Virus record (IMG/VR): IMGVR_UViG_3300047160_005790
Location: 1 to 64,000 of that record
Source of the DNA: a virus
Taxonomy: Duplodnaviria > Caudoviricetes
Direction: 5' to 3' (one strand)
DNA: 64,000 nt
Below the pieces are notes generated by a model, which saw only the letters and a program-made list of their open reading frames with translations, was not told the origin of the DNA and ran no database searches. Positions 17,659 to 28,423 of this stretch are shown here, in pieces; the stretch's first letter is position 1, and every line of letters starts with the position of its first letter. The position numbers and the translations under genes were made by a program.

Positions 17659-18630
17659 ATGAGCAAGAAGGTGTTTGTGCCCGGCCAACCGGGCATCATC
17701 GAGGCGTCCGAGTTCATCAAGGCAGCAGTGCCTTCGTACCCCAACCCGGTTGCGCATCCGCTCGGTCCGCCGACGATGTCCGGGACGACGTACTCCGTCG
17801 ATCTGGCCCTTCAGCAGCCGACGCGCGTGACGCGGACGGTGATGGATCTGACGCTTCAGCGCTTCTTCGCTGACCGCGTCTTCACCAACTCCGGTGGCGT
17901 CACCGGAGGCGCGGTCGTCTACGACGTGGTGCTCACGAACGACATCTACCTGGAGCGCGACATCGGTCGCGTTGCGCCAGGCGGCGAGTTCCCGATCGTC
18001 ACGAGCTTGCGGCGCGCGCCGCAGGTCGCGGCGGTCGAGAAGTGGGGCGGCAAGTTCTTCGTCACCGACGAAGCGCGTGACCGCAACGACGTGTCGGTCT
18101 ACACCCGGCACATTCGCCAGCTGGCGAACACGATCGTTCGCAAGATCAACCAGCGGGCGGTCGAGGTACTGAACGCCGCCGTTACGGCGAACAGCCGTAC
18201 GGCGACGGGGCACAGCTGGGGATCGGTCATCACGACGGGTTCCAGCGCGACTAACGCCAATGCTTGGCCGGCAGCGGACTTCGCGGCTGCGCAGTACCAG
18301 GCGGAAGTCGAGGAGATGGGGGTCGTCTACGACCTCTGGGTCCTGAACCCGGCGCAGTACCTCAGCCTGGCAACCATCTACGGCAACTTCCTGGGCGAGC
18401 TACTCGACTCGCTCGGCCTCAGCGTCTTCGTGACGAACCGCGTCGCGGCCGGTACGGCGTTCGCCGTCGCGGAAGGACAGGTCGGGCAGATGCGCATCGA
18501 GCAGCCGCTCGCGACGGAGACGTGGCGGGACGCCGATGGTCGGCAGCAGACCTGGACGCAGACGAGCGTCCGGCCGGTCATGTTCGTGGACAACCCGCTC
18601 GCGGTCATCAAGTTCTCCGGGCTCACCTAG
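17659..18630 (+). CDS. Major capsid protein
   Basis: 323 aa; VAPGGEFP, KWGGKFFVTDEA..RN and VLNPAQY typical of the HK97 fold. Confidence 0.85.
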   Translation: MSKKVFVPGQPGIIEASEFIKAAVPSYPNPVAHPLGPPTMSGTTYSVDLALQQPTRVTRTVMDLTLQRFFADRVFTNSGGVTGGAVVYDVVLTNDIYLERDIGRVAPGGEFPIVTSLRRAPQVAAVEKWGGKFFVTDEARDRNDVSVYTRHIRQLANTIVRKINQRAVEVLNAAVTANSRTATGHSWGSVITTGSSATNANAWPAADFAAAQYQAEVEEMGVVYDLWVLNPAQYLSLATIYGNFLGELLDSLGLSVFVTNRVAAGTAFAVAEGQVGQMRIEQPLATETWRDADGRQQTWTQTSVRPVMFVDNPLAVIKFSGLT

Positions 18631-18640
18631 GAGACGGGAC

Positions 18641-19135
18641 ATGGCCGACGAGACATACAAGAGCAAGCCCGAGTTCGAGGGGCAGGGCACGAGGACCATC
18701 AAGGACCTCTTCTTCCCGGCACAGGTCATCATCGACGATCCGATGAGGCCGGGTGAGCAGATCGCGACTGAGCGGTTGCTCGGCCGCGGCGAAGTGCTGC
18801 CTGAGGAACTCTGCACCCCGTTCAACCTCGCTCGCGGCGAGGCGACGGGCGCCTTCTACACGACCGAGGAGCTGGACATGGGCACGGAGCCCGAGCAGCA
18901 AGCTCTGGAAGCCGGGGAAGGCGGCAGCGACGAGTCCAACTTCACGGAGTGGGGCGAGCACGAGCTGGCCGAGTACATCCGCGAGAACAGGCCGAACGAG
19001 GACGAGACCGTTGCGATGGCCGAGGAGGACCCGGACACCGCACGCCGACTCCTCGAAGCGGAGAACATCGCGACAGGCGGCGATCCCCGATCGGGCGTCG
19101 TCAAGCGTCTGAACAAGATCGCCGGACAGCAGTGA
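18641..19135 (+). CDS. Hypothetical head-associated protein
   Basis: ATG after GGAG; acidic; follows the capsid gene. Confidence 0.6.
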   Translation: MADETYKSKPEFEGQGTRTIKDLFFPAQVIIDDPMRPGEQIATERLLGRGEVLPEELCTPFNLARGEATGAFYTTEELDMGTEPEQQALEAGEGGSDESNFTEWGEHELAEYIRENRPNEDETVAMAEEDPDTARRLLEAENIATGGDPRSGVVKRLNKIAGQQ

Positions 19136-19140
19136 TGTGG

Positions 19141-19162
19141 GCGGGGGACGCCCGTCCCCCGC
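19141..19162 (+). terminator. 9-bp perfect hairpin after the capsid operon
   Basis: GCGGGGGAC-GCCC-GTCCCCCGC. Confidence 0.55.
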
Positions 19163-19181
19163 AACATCACAAGGAGGGAAC

Positions 19182-19400
19182 GTGTCGAGCTTGAATCAGC
19201 GTGGTGAAGCGACTGTCAAGAAGAAGGTCTCGATGGGCGTCGTCGTCAAGCGCGCTGACGGTTCCGTCGAAGACCTCGGTACGCAAAACGAGCAGATCGT
19301 CGAGCTGACGAAAGATCAGCTGGCGGCGATGATCGGCGACGAAGCGGCTGCGGAAGTGTTCAGGGGCGTCACCGAAGAAGGAGAGCCGCATGGCGAATGA
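19182..19400 (+). CDS. Hypothetical protein
   Basis: GTG after AAGGAGG. Confidence 0.6.
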   Translation: MSSLNQRGEATVKKKVSMGVVVKRADGSVEDLGTQNEQIVELTKDQLAAMIGDEAAAEVFRGVTEEGEPHGE

Positions 19401-19767
19401 CACGCTGCCGCAGACCGTTGTCGTCTGTGACGGCTGCGGCGAGGACCTCAACATCCTCGCGCCGTACTTGTACATGATGCTGAAGGCACAGCGCGAAGTG
19501 CTGATCTCGGACGAAGCGACGGCAGCAGACCCCAACGACGTACCCGAGGCGAACATCTACCTCGGCGTCAAGTCGGGGCGTGGGGTGCTCAAGCGCTTCC
19601 ACAACTTCGCCTGCCAACTTTCGTGGGTCGAGGAACGCAAGGATCTCAACGCCAAGCTGGAGTACCACGCCGAGGACGAGATCTACGTTCCGGAAGACAA
19701 TCCGACCGAGGAAGAGCTGGCCGCGAGGGCAGCCGCCGAGGGCGCTACTGGTGAGGAGGAGGCGTGA
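19390..19767 (+). CDS. Hypothetical protein
   Basis: ORF with CDGC and HNFAC motifs; operon packing. Confidence 0.6.
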   Translation: MANDTLPQTVVVCDGCGEDLNILAPYLYMMLKAQREVLISDEATAADPNDVPEANIYLGVKSGRGVLKRFHNFACQLSWVEERKDLNAKLEYHAEDEIYVPEDNPTEEELAARAAAEGATGEEEA

Positions 19768-20195
19768 GCACGATTATCAAGTCCATCCTCGCTCTCATTA
19801 TCGCTCGGGCGGCCGTCGTCATCACGAACGCGGGCGAAGAGTTCACCGTCGATAAGTTCAACGAGTCGATTCAGACGGTGCCGAACTACGTCGGCTGGGG
19901 GACGGGCGCCGGTACGGCAGCGAAGGCCGACACCGACCTGTTCACCCCGATCAACTCGGACCCGAGCAACGTCCTTCGCATCCTGGGGACGAACTCGAAA
20001 ACTGGCTCTGGATCCACGGCCAAGTATCAGGTCGTCGCGACGCTTCAGTGCGTCTCGGGGCCACAGACGATCACCAACGCCGGGGCCTGGACGGCGGTGT
20101 CCGGCGGAACGCTCGTCCTTCATGGCGACCATTCCGGCGTCACCCTGCAAACCGGCGACCAAATACAGTACACGTTCACCATAGATCCGTCATAG
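19764..20195 (+). CDS. Virion structural protein (fibre anchor-like)
   Basis: YVGWGTG...ADTDLF...ITNAG pattern seen in fibre/baseplate-proximal proteins. Confidence 0.55.
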   Translation: MSTIIKSILALIIARAAVVITNAGEEFTVDKFNESIQTVPNYVGWGTGAGTAAKADTDLFTPINSDPSNVLRILGTNSKTGSGSTAKYQVVATLQCVSGPQTITNAGAWTAVSGGTLVLHGDHSGVTLQTGDQIQYTFTIDPS

Positions 20196-20304
20196 GTCCA
20201 TTCTGTGAAGGCATATCGAAACAGGATCGGGCTGACGTGATGAACCAACGAACAAGGGGGTGGCGTACAATGGGCGTCGCCCCCTTCGTTCGAACGGTGT
20301 GTGA

Positions 20305-23300
20305 ATGCTCATCCCGGTAACACTCGATGTAGGCGGCTCGGTCACCCAGTTCGGGACGACTTCGCCCGGCGCAAGCTTGGACTCGAACAGCGGCGGTTAC
20401 ATCATCCTGAATCAGAAGGTGCTGTCCGACAACAACGCTCTTTGTACTCGGATCCGAGCCTACCTCGCGGGCGGCGGCACGAGCGCACAAGTCGTGCGCG
20501 GCGTCCTCTACGCTGCTGACGGCGCGGGTGGCATCCCGTTGACGCTCAAGGCGATCTCGGCCGAGATCAGTATCGCGGCGGCTCGCGCGGCCGGTTGGGT
20601 CGAGTTCGTATTCGCTTCGTCTGTGACGCTCAGCTCGGGCAACTACTGGGTGGGGTTGTGGCACGGTGCGACGAACAGCGGCTTGCGCTGGTACTACACG
20701 GCGACGAGCGGCAACAACGGGTTCTCGATAATGACATACAACGCTACTGCCAATCCGACTGCCTTGTCATGGAACGGCGGCGGCACGAACGTGTACGCGA
20801 TTCAAGTAGTGTACAACCTGCCGGCCGGCAACATGACGATGGCGGCAGCGCTGGCTCGCGTCGAGAAGGCGCCGCGTACGTTCGCGTTCGGCGAAACGCT
20901 AGCCGCTGCGTTGACAAAGTTCGAAGTAGCGCCGCGTACGTTGGCCGTAGGAGAGACGCTTTCCCCAGCTATGTCGCGCGTTGAAAATGCGCCGCGATTG
21001 CTGGCGGTGGGTGAGACGCTATCACCAGTTTTGTCGCGCGTTGAGGTGGCACCACGTACGCTGGCGACGGGCGAAACGCTCACGTCGGCTATGACAACGT
21101 TCCGCAGTTCGCCTCGCGCACTTGCGTTCGGTGAGACGCTCGCCGCAGCCATGGTCAACATTCGAGGCGGGGCGAGGACGCTGGCCGCGAGTGAAACGCT
21201 CGGCGCCGCGCTGACGAGGAAGCCGTTGCTGATTCTTCCGGCGACCGAAACCCTTAGCCCGAGCTTCCTCACCAGGCTTACTAAGACGATTTTGCTCGCC
21301 GTCGCAGGCGGAACTTCGACGTTCGGCGTTTCGACCGTTGGTGCTACTCCGGCTCTGGTAACAGCTAACTACCTCGATGTGTCCGGGCCGTTCAGTTGTT
21401 CGGGCGGGCAGATCTCGAAGATGTCCGCTTATATCAACGCGGACTTAACTGTTCATACTGGTCAGAAAGTACGTCTGGTGATCTACGCTGCCGACGGCGC
21501 GGCCGGTAAGCCTGGAACTTTCATCGGCGTTTCGGACGAGTTCAATACGGCTGGAATGACAGCCGCAGCTTGGGTGGACTTTTCTTTCACCACGAAACCG
21601 ACGCTCGCCTCCGGTAGTTACTGGCTCGGTTTCTGGTACGGGCCGCCTAGCGGCAGCGGCGGAGGTATGTACAACTACTCTGACACCGTGGCCAACTCGG
21701 AATGGTTCCTAGCAACCACTTACAACGCGACGACTAACCCACCGAACTGGTCGGGCGGCGGACAATCAAACAGCAACTACTCGATCACGGCCACAATCGG
21801 TGTCGCCGGATTTACACTTGTCCCTGTCATGACTAAGGTTTCCGGAGCTAACGCTCGCCTGATGCCCGTCACAGAGACTTTCACGGGCGCTCTCGGTATT
21901 GCCGCGAGGTTGCCGCGCTCGGTCGTCGAGACGCTCAGCCCGGCAATGATAGACACGAAGATTGCGCCGCGTTCGCTTTCTGGCAGCATCACGTTCTCAC
22001 AGGCTTTGCTTTTGAGGGGGACGGCTGCCCGACTACTTGCCGTTGGCATGACGCTTACGCCGACGCAGAGCAAGTTGTCGAAGCTGACCTTGGCGGCAAT
22101 CGAAACGTTGTCTACAAACATCGTCAAGTGGTTCGGCCGCACGTTGGCGGTCGGCGAGTCGCTCAGCGCCGCGATCAACCGAATGTACTTCCGTACCCTG
22201 GCTACGGGGGAAGCGCTCGGCGCGGCGCTGAGCAAGGCATTCAGGAGATTGATCACGCTCGCGGTTTCTGGCGGAACGGGCGGCACTTCGACGTTCGGAT
22301 ACAACACGATCGCCGGTACGCCAGAAATTGCTTCGGGTGCGAACGCCTACCTCGATATCTCTGGTCCGTTCAGCATGCCGGGCGGCCAGGTGACGAAGAT
22401 GACTGCATACCTCAACACCGATGTCGGTCATAACGGTCAAAAGCAGCGTATGGTGATTTACGCTGCCGACGGTACGGGCGGCATGCCAGGTACGTTCATT
22501 GCCGTGTCGAACGAAGTCAATACGGCAGGTTTGTCAGCCGCGGCTTGGGTGGACTTCAACATGGCTTCGCCGGTAACGCTTGTGAGCGGCAACTATTGGG
22601 TAGGTTTCTGGTTCGGGCCGGTGAACGGTTCCGGAGCTACGACTGTGTACTACGACACCGTCACCCACTCGGAGTGGTTCGTGAGCGGACAGACGTACGG
22701 CTCGACCGGCAACCCGGCGAGCGTTTGGCCGAGCGGCGGCTTCAACACGAACAGCATGTTTTCGGTGTACGCGACGTACAGCGTCGCGGGAAATTTGTAC
22801 ACCGTAGCGATGTTCAAGACTCGCAGCGTTTCTCCTGCCGTTTTGCTGACTATGACTTCAGCCCTCAAGATCTTCTTGAAGTCAACGCAAGCTGTTGGCG
22901 TGACGCTCTCGCCCTCGCTCGTACGTAAGACGCAAATTGTTCTGGCAAAGGTTTTGTCGCTTGCTTCGTCCCTCAATATCTTGCGATCGAAGCCGCTGCC
23001 GGTGACTTCAACTGAAGTCGCAGCGATGACGAATCGAGCTTTGTACCCGCGCTCGCTCGCGACGGCCAGCATTACGCTGACTGGCGCGCTCGTCCGACGC
23101 GCGCTCAACATTCGGTCGTTCGCGAGCGGCATTACGCTGTCGCCTTCGCTGACGCTGACGAGCTACTACCGGCGCGCGCTGGCCGCGTCGCTTACGCTGA
23201 CGGGCAACGTCGCGTTGAGCCTCAAGTTCTTGAAGGCGCTGGCCGCGGGCGAGGCGCTGAGCCCAGTGTTGAAGCGCAACTTCCCGATCACGCTCGCCGC

Positions 23301-24489
23301 GAGCGAATCGCTGTCGCCCGCCGTCGTCAAGTACATGGCTCGGCAATTTGCGGCCGGGGAGCCTTTGCTCGTCGCCGTGTCAGTACGCCAAACGGCGTTT
23401 CGCTCTTTAGCGTATGCGATGTCGCTCGGCTCGGCTATGCAGGTTCACTACGGCAAGTCGTTCGCCAGCGGCTTGGCGCTGACGCCGACGCTCAACCGCT
23501 TCAACAGCAACTCGTTGACGCTCGCCGCGAACGAGCCGCTGCTGATCAAGCTGTCCGATCGCGCCGGGTTGATGATCGGCGCCCCTTCGTTGATCGCGTT
23601 GTCGCTCGGCCTAAAAATGTCGTACGGTCGAACGCTCGCTTCCAACTTGCTGCTAACGGGCGCCCGCAGCTCGAAGCCGAGCTTGACCCTCAAGGCGGCG
23701 GAGTCGTTCGCTATCTCCCTCGCCCGGCAGTCTTCCGGCGGCATATCGCTCGACGTTGCTCTGGCGCTGACGACCGGCTCGACGCAAAAGGTCGCGGAGA
23801 AGATCCTGTTCAGCCTCATAGAGACGCTCGGCCCCGATATAGCTGTCGGCAGTGCGGGCAAGCAGCAGATGCTCGTGCAACTCGACCTTGCTGCCAATAT
23901 GTTCGAGGCCGCTCACCAGTCGATAACGCTACCGGCCGGGCAGCCGTTGCTCGTTTCTCAGAAGAAGCAACTGTCGCGCACGCTCGCCGTTACGTCGCCG
24001 CAGGCGACGGCGCTACGCTGGTTCATAGAGCATGCCTACGCGGCGAATTTGTCGTCGAACGTCGTCTTCAACCTGCTTCAGTACCGATCGTTCTCCTCGC
24101 AGGAGACGTTGCTGTCGGGCCTAACGACGATGATCCCTTCGCGCGATCGAGATATGACCGTGAACATGGTGCTGAGCGCGGCGTTCGGTCAACACCTTCA
24201 GCTTGGGCTGCGAGGCGCGCTTGCCTGGGACGTTCGTTGGAGTCGTGACATCAGCTTCGACATCGCCGTCGCGATGCAGCTACGCATCGCCCTACTATCG
24301 ACTCCGTTTCAGAATACGCTCTGGCCTGCCGGATATTTGTCGGGCGACGTGCCGACCGGCTACCTCGTCGGCGCCGCTGCGGGCGGCTACATACAGCGCG
24401 CGGAACGCGGTAACGGCGCCGGGCAAACCGGCTACATCGAGCAGGCGGAGACTGGCACAATCGAGCGCGAGCTAGCAGGTGTGAGCTGA
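20305..24489 (+). CDS. Large repetitive virion fibre/decoration protein (1394 aa)
   Basis: Three copies of a YAADG..G.P...W..F...YW.G domain separated by many ~16-17-aa R.LA.GETLS.A repeats. Confidence 0.65.
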   Translation: MLIPVTLDVGGSVTQFGTTSPGASLDSNSGGYIILNQKVLSDNNALCTRIRAYLAGGGTSAQVVRGVLYAADGAGGIPLTLKAISAEISIAAARAAGWVEFVFASSVTLSSGNYWVGLWHGATNSGLRWYYTATSGNNGFSIMTYNATANPTALSWNGGGTNVYAIQVVYNLPAGNMTMAAALARVEKAPRTFAFGETLAAALTKFEVAPRTLAVGETLSPAMSRVENAPRLLAVGETLSPVLSRVEVAPRTLATGETLTSAMTTFRSSPRALAFGETLAAAMVNIRGGARTLAASETLGAALTRKPLLILPATETLSPSFLTRLTKTILLAVAGGTSTFGVSTVGATPALVTANYLDVSGPFSCSGGQISKMSAYINADLTVHTGQKVRLVIYAADGAAGKPGTFIGVSDEFNTAGMTAAAWVDFSFTTKPTLASGSYWLGFWYGPPSGSGGGMYNYSDTVANSEWFLATTYNATTNPPNWSGGGQSNSNYSITATIGVAGFTLVPVMTKVSGANARLMPVTETFTGALGIAARLPRSVVETLSPAMIDTKIAPRSLSGSITFSQALLLRGTAARLLAVGMTLTPTQSKLSKLTLAAIETLSTNIVKWFGRTLAVGESLSAAINRMYFRTLATGEALGAALSKAFRRLITLAVSGGTGGTSTFGYNTIAGTPEIASGANAYLDISGPFSMPGGQVTKMTAYLNTDVGHNGQKQRMVIYAADGTGGMPGTFIAVSNEVNTAGLSAAAWVDFNMASPVTLVSGNYWVGFWFGPVNGSGATTVYYDTVTHSEWFVSGQTYGSTGNPASVWPSGGFNTNSMFSVYATYSVAGNLYTVAMFKTRSVSPAVLLTMTSALKIFLKSTQAVGVTLSPSLVRKTQIVLAKVLSLASSLNILRSKPLPVTSTEVAAMTNRALYPRSLATASITLTGALVRRALNIRSFASGITLSPSLTLTSYYRRALAASLTLTGNVALSLKFLKALAAGEALSPVLKRNFPITLAASESLSPAVVKYMARQFAAGEPLLVAVSVRQTAFRSLAYAMSLGSAMQVHYGKSFASGLALTPTLNRFNSNSLTLAANEPLLIKLSDRAGLMIGAPSLIALSLGLKMSYGRTLASNLLLTGARSSKPSLTLKAAESFAISLARQSSGGISLDVALALTTGSTQKVAEKILFSLIETLGPDIAVGSAGKQQMLVQLDLAANMFEAAHQSITLPAGQPLLVSQKKQLSRTLAVTSPQATALRWFIEHAYAANLSSNVVFNLLQYRSFSSQETLLSGLTTMIPSRDRDMTVNMVLSAAFGQHLQLGLRGALAWDVRWSRDISFDIAVAMQLRIALLSTPFQNTLWPAGYLSGDVPTGYLVGAAAGGYIQRAERGNGAGQTGYIEQAETGTIERELAGVS

Positions 24490-25229
24490 TGGCCGTCGTC
24501 CTGACATTTCGCAAGTACGTGCCGCCGCCGCGCTTCGACGGGCACCCCTGGGTGTCGGCTCGCATCGACGAGTCGGATGGCAGCGCCGGGCCGTGGAATC
24601 AGATCGACTCGATCACGTTGTCGCCCGTCGATACGGATCCGGCAGATCCGATCGAGCGCGACTTTACGACCGACAATGCGACGATCGACGCTGGTTGGTA
24701 TCGCATCGTCTGGATCGACGCTTCGGCTGCTGAGGCGGCGACCGATCCGTTGCAAAACGTTCAGGATACGCGCGGTTTCGCGCCGAGCGTCAGCGAGGTT
24801 GCGAAGTACCTCTACTCGCGAACGCACGACACGTTCGGCAAGCGTACGGGCACGTTCAACGCGAACACGACGCCGACCGACGACGAAGTCTTGTCGCTCA
24901 TACCGGACATGGTCAATCGCGTCGCCGACGTGATCGGCGACACCATTCCTCCGCAGCTGTGGGACGACGCGGCGGGGATCGTAGCCTTGCGCACGGCGAT
25001 GCAGATCGAGCTGGACTTCTTCCCGGACCAGGTCAACACTGGTCGCAGCATCTACCCGCAGCTCGAAAAGCTCTTCGAGATGGACATGGCTTCTCTACAG
25101 GCGGCGGTCGCTGCGACGAAGACCGCGGGCGGCGTTGACGTAGCGGGCGCGGCGCCTGCGACTATGCCGAGCTACGGCTTCCCACCGCCGGACATCGTGT
25201 TCGAGGATGCGTGGTTGCCAGATGTTTGA
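24489..25229 (+). CDS. Head-to-tail adaptor-like protein
   Basis: Position; helical C-half ending in YGFPP. Confidence 0.55.
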   Translation: MAVVLTFRKYVPPPRFDGHPWVSARIDESDGSAGPWNQIDSITLSPVDTDPADPIERDFTTDNATIDAGWYRIVWIDASAAEAATDPLQNVQDTRGFAPSVSEVAKYLYSRTHDTFGKRTGTFNANTTPTDDEVLSLIPDMVNRVADVIGDTIPPQLWDDAAGIVALRTAMQIELDFFPDQVNTGRSIYPQLEKLFEMDMASLQAAVAATKTAGGVDVAGAAPATMPSYGFPPPDIVFEDAWLPDV

Positions 25230-25677
25230 GATCGAGGTCATGGGCGAGAAGACCGTCATCGGTCGCATGGAATACATGGAAGCTGCCGCGATGGACATGC
25301 AACCGGCCCTGGAAGAAATCGGCTTCCTCATCATGAACGTCATGCGCAAAATGTTCGAAAGCGGCGGTCGGCGCGGCGGCGGCAGTTGGGCGCCGGACGA
25401 TCTCGGCTGGCTCGCGCGTAAGATCATGATGGGCCTCGATCCGCGCGTCGGTATTGCGACCGAAGCCTTGATGAGAGCATTCACGCAGCCCGAGGCGCCA
25501 CACCAGGAGTACGAAGTCGGCTCGCACTCGTTGCACTTGTCGAGCGATTTGTCCTACGCCGCGGCGCAGCAGACGCATCGACCGTTCGTCAAATTTACAT
25601 ACGGCGACCGAACGGAAATGGGCAATATAGTTCGTAGGCATCTCATCCATGCCTGGAACGCGGGCGGCGAAAAGTGA
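25222..25677 (+). CDS. Virion morphogenesis (Mu gpG-like neck) protein
   Basis: DMQPALEEIG...F..GG....WAP...YAAAQQ.HRPFV. Confidence 0.7.
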   Translation: MFEIEVMGEKTVIGRMEYMEAAAMDMQPALEEIGFLIMNVMRKMFESGGRRGGGSWAPDDLGWLARKIMMGLDPRVGIATEALMRAFTQPEAPHQEYEVGSHSLHLSSDLSYAAAQQTHRPFVKFTYGDRTEMGNIVRRHLIHAWNAGGEK

Positions 25678-26306
25678 GCAGCATTTTCGGCTCGATCAAG
25701 GTTGCGGGCGATTTGGAGCAGGCGGCAGTCGATACACTGTCCAAGTGGTTCCGCACATACTTGATTGAGTACGAACTACAAGCGGGCCTGATTGCAAGTC
25801 GGCATGATCCGCTGCATTACCAGCTGCCCCGAACGTACTCGAAGTCCAATCAAATCGACCGAACCAACGTCGATTCGCTGCCCGCGATCGTCGTCGTCAG
25901 CCCCGGTACATCACCGAACAACTTGCCAAAGCAGGTCGGCGACGGCAGCTTCCGCGTGTTCTTCGTCATAGGGATTGGTGTATTCGTAGGCGCTGGCGAT
26001 CGGGCTTCGACGTTGGAGCTTGTTCGTGTCTACACAGCGATTTGCCGGGCGATCATGCTACAGAAGCAATCGCTTGGCGGTTTCGCCGACGGCTCGACAT
26101 GGCTCAACGAAAGCTACAACGACGACTTTACCTTCACTGACAACCAGACGATCAGTGCCGGGCAAGTCGTGTTCGAAATCGAAGTCGCCAACATAGTCAG
26201 TCGGTTCGGCGGCCCAGATCAGCCAGATGACGACGATCTTCCGGGTGATTGGCCGCTCGTGGAGGAGGTCATCGTCACAATCGTGCCCGAGGGGGTGAGT
26301 GACTAG
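25674..26306 (+). CDS. Tail completion/terminator protein
   Basis: Synteny just before the sheath; LPAIVVVSPG. Confidence 0.55.
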   Translation: MSSIFGSIKVAGDLEQAAVDTLSKWFRTYLIEYELQAGLIASRHDPLHYQLPRTYSKSNQIDRTNVDSLPAIVVVSPGTSPNNLPKQVGDGSFRVFFVIGIGVFVGAGDRASTLELVRVYTAICRAIMLQKQSLGGFADGSTWLNESYNDDFTFTDNQTISAGQVVFEIEVANIVSRFGGPDQPDDDDLPGDWPLVEEVIVTIVPEGVSD

Positions 26307-26506
26307 TGGCAAAGGGAACTGGTTACAAGTGGGTCGGTACGGTTCCGCAGGACATGCCCGGTGGCCGGATGGTCGAGCCGGGAGAGTCTGTGGAGATCAG
26401 TGCAGACGCCCTGAAGGACCCGTACGTCCAGGAGCTGATCGAAGCAGAGCTGCTCATCCCCGATGGTGGGGGATCGTCCACGACCAGTAAGGAAGGAGGG
26501 GGCTGA
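26306..26506 (+). CDS. Small hypothetical protein before sheath
   Basis: Coupled stop/start on both sides. Confidence 0.55.
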   Translation: MAKGTGYKWVGTVPQDMPGGRMVEPGESVEISADALKDPYVQELIEAELLIPDGGGSSTTSKEGGG

Positions 26507-27945
26507 TGGCCCGGCCAGGAGTGCAGATTCTGACGCAAACGACGCCGCCGCCGCGTAACGCACCGAGCGACACCGGCGTGGCGTTCATGGTCGGGCTCTG
26601 TGACCAGGGGGACCTTACACCCATCTTCGTCCAGAGCATCGACGACTTCACGCAGAAGTGCGGCGTGCGCGTGACGTACAGCTTGTTGTACGACGCGGTA
26701 GACATCTTCTTCCGGGAAGGTGGCTCGTCTGCCTACATCAGTCGCGTCGTCGGCCCGGCAGCGGTCGTCGCTAGCAAGAACCTGAACGACGCGAGCGCCG
26801 CGGTGTCGCTAGTCGCGAAGGCTCGCGGCCCCGGCGCCTGGGGCAACAACATCTCGATCGCGGTACTCGCCGGTATCGTCTCCGGCTACCGCATTCAGGT
26901 CGTGTACAGCGGCGTCATCGTCGAGACCTCTCTCGATCTGACGACGCAAGTAGATGCGATCAACTGGGCGTCTGGCAACAGCAGGTACATCAGGCTGACG
27001 CTCGGTGCCAGTTCGCTCGTTCCGGCCGTCGCAGCCGCGGCGGCGTTGGCGAGCGGCGCAGACGATCGCACCAACATCACCGATGCGCAGTGGCAGACGG
27101 CGCTCGACCTGTTCTCGAAGGAACTTGGGCCGGGGCAAGTTCTTGCGCCGGGTCGAACGACCGACACCGGTCATCAGCAGCTGTGCGATCACGCCGCCTC
27201 GCACAATCGCTGCGCATTGCTCGACCTGCCGGACTCGGGCACGAAGAGCACGCTCGAAAGCTCGGCGACGAACGCCAAGACGACGGGCAACGGTCAGTAC
27301 GCCATCGCTCTGACGCCGTGGATCTTGAACCCCGGCGTGCCGGCCGGTGTCATTCGAACGGTGCCGCCGAGTGCGTCGGTCGCAGGCGTCATTTCACGAG
27401 TAGACGGCAGCGACAACCCGAACACACCGGCGGCGGGCGTGCTCGGGGAGCTGCGGTACGCGATCGGGCTCAGTCAAGGCGCCTTCAGTGACAACGACCG
27501 GCAAGAGCTCAACAGCTACGGCATCGCCGTCGTCCGGTCGGTGTACGGCACGTTCTGGAACTACGGCTACCGATCGCTGGCCGATCCGATTAACAACCCG
27601 AACTGGGTGGACTTCAGTAACGTCCGCTACCTCATGTGGCTCGCGTCGCGTTGCGATCTGGCCGGAGAGCAGTTCGTGTTCCGGCCAATCGACGGTCAGC
27701 TCCATACCATCTCGGACTACGGCGCCGTCTTGTCGGCGATCTGTCAGGCCGATTACAACGCGGGGATCATCTACGGTGCGGTGGCTTCGGATGCGTTCAA
27801 CGTGGACGTCGGTCCGTCAGTCAACACGCCATCGACGATCGCCGACAACCAGCTGCGCGCGGTCGTTGCGGTTCGTCCGTCGCCGTTCGGGGAGCTGGTG
27901 ACCATCACCATCGTCAACGTTCCCATCACCCAGCCCGTTTCCTAG
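26506..27945 (+). CDS. Contractile tail sheath protein
   Basis: MARPGV, LYDAVDIFFREGG..AYISRV, VPPS..VAG..SR, NVRYL and V.P..FGELV motifs. Confidence 0.92.
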   Translation: MARPGVQILTQTTPPPRNAPSDTGVAFMVGLCDQGDLTPIFVQSIDDFTQKCGVRVTYSLLYDAVDIFFREGGSSAYISRVVGPAAVVASKNLNDASAAVSLVAKARGPGAWGNNISIAVLAGIVSGYRIQVVYSGVIVETSLDLTTQVDAINWASGNSRYIRLTLGASSLVPAVAAAAALASGADDRTNITDAQWQTALDLFSKELGPGQVLAPGRTTDTGHQQLCDHAASHNRCALLDLPDSGTKSTLESSATNAKTTGNGQYAIALTPWILNPGVPAGVIRTVPPSASVAGVISRVDGSDNPNTPAAGVLGELRYAIGLSQGAFSDNDRQELNSYGIAVVRSVYGTFWNYGYRSLADPINNPNWVDFSNVRYLMWLASRCDLAGEQFVFRPIDGQLHTISDYGAVLSAICQADYNAGIIYGAVASDAFNVDVGPSVNTPSTIADNQLRAVVAVRPSPFGELVTITIVNVPITQPVS

Positions 27946-27957
27946 GAGGTGAGCTGA

Positions 27958-28407
27958 ATGGCTGGCGGACCAACCAGGCAAGACACCCACCGAATCACCG
28001 TTCAGATCGAGGATCCGTCCAATCCCGGAACGATGGTCGATTTTCAGGTCTGGGACAAGATGACCGGTGGAGACGTCGATTCCGACGACAACAAGTATTA
28101 CCCCGGCGGCATGGTGCCGCCTATCTCGATCGGCGGTCGTCGTACAGTTGCGAACGTCACCGTCTCGCGGCTGTACATGCTGGAGCGGGATCACGCCCGT
28201 ATGCCGATGCTCATCGCGGCGGCGGGGCGCTCTGCCGTGCAGCTCTCGCGGCAGCCGCTACAGATCGACGGCAAGGGCGACTACAAGCCGATCGTCTACA
28301 ACGGCAAGCTCAAGCGCGTAGTGCCGCCTGACCTCGACTCCGAGGCGTCGGGGGCGGCACTGATTCAGCTGGAAATCGTGGTCGATGGATTCCCGACTGC
28401 GCACTAA
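27958..28407 (+). CDS. Tail tube protein
   Basis: Follows the sheath; WDKMTGG....YYPGG....GG...ANVTVSRLY. Confidence 0.8.
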   Translation: MAGGPTRQDTHRITVQIEDPSNPGTMVDFQVWDKMTGGDVDSDDNKYYPGGMVPPISIGGRRTVANVTVSRLYMLERDHARMPMLIAAAGRSAVQLSRQPLQIDGKGDYKPIVYNGKLKRVVPPDLDSEASGAALIQLEIVVDGFPTAH

Positions 28408-28423
28408 CTAACAGGAGGCAGAC

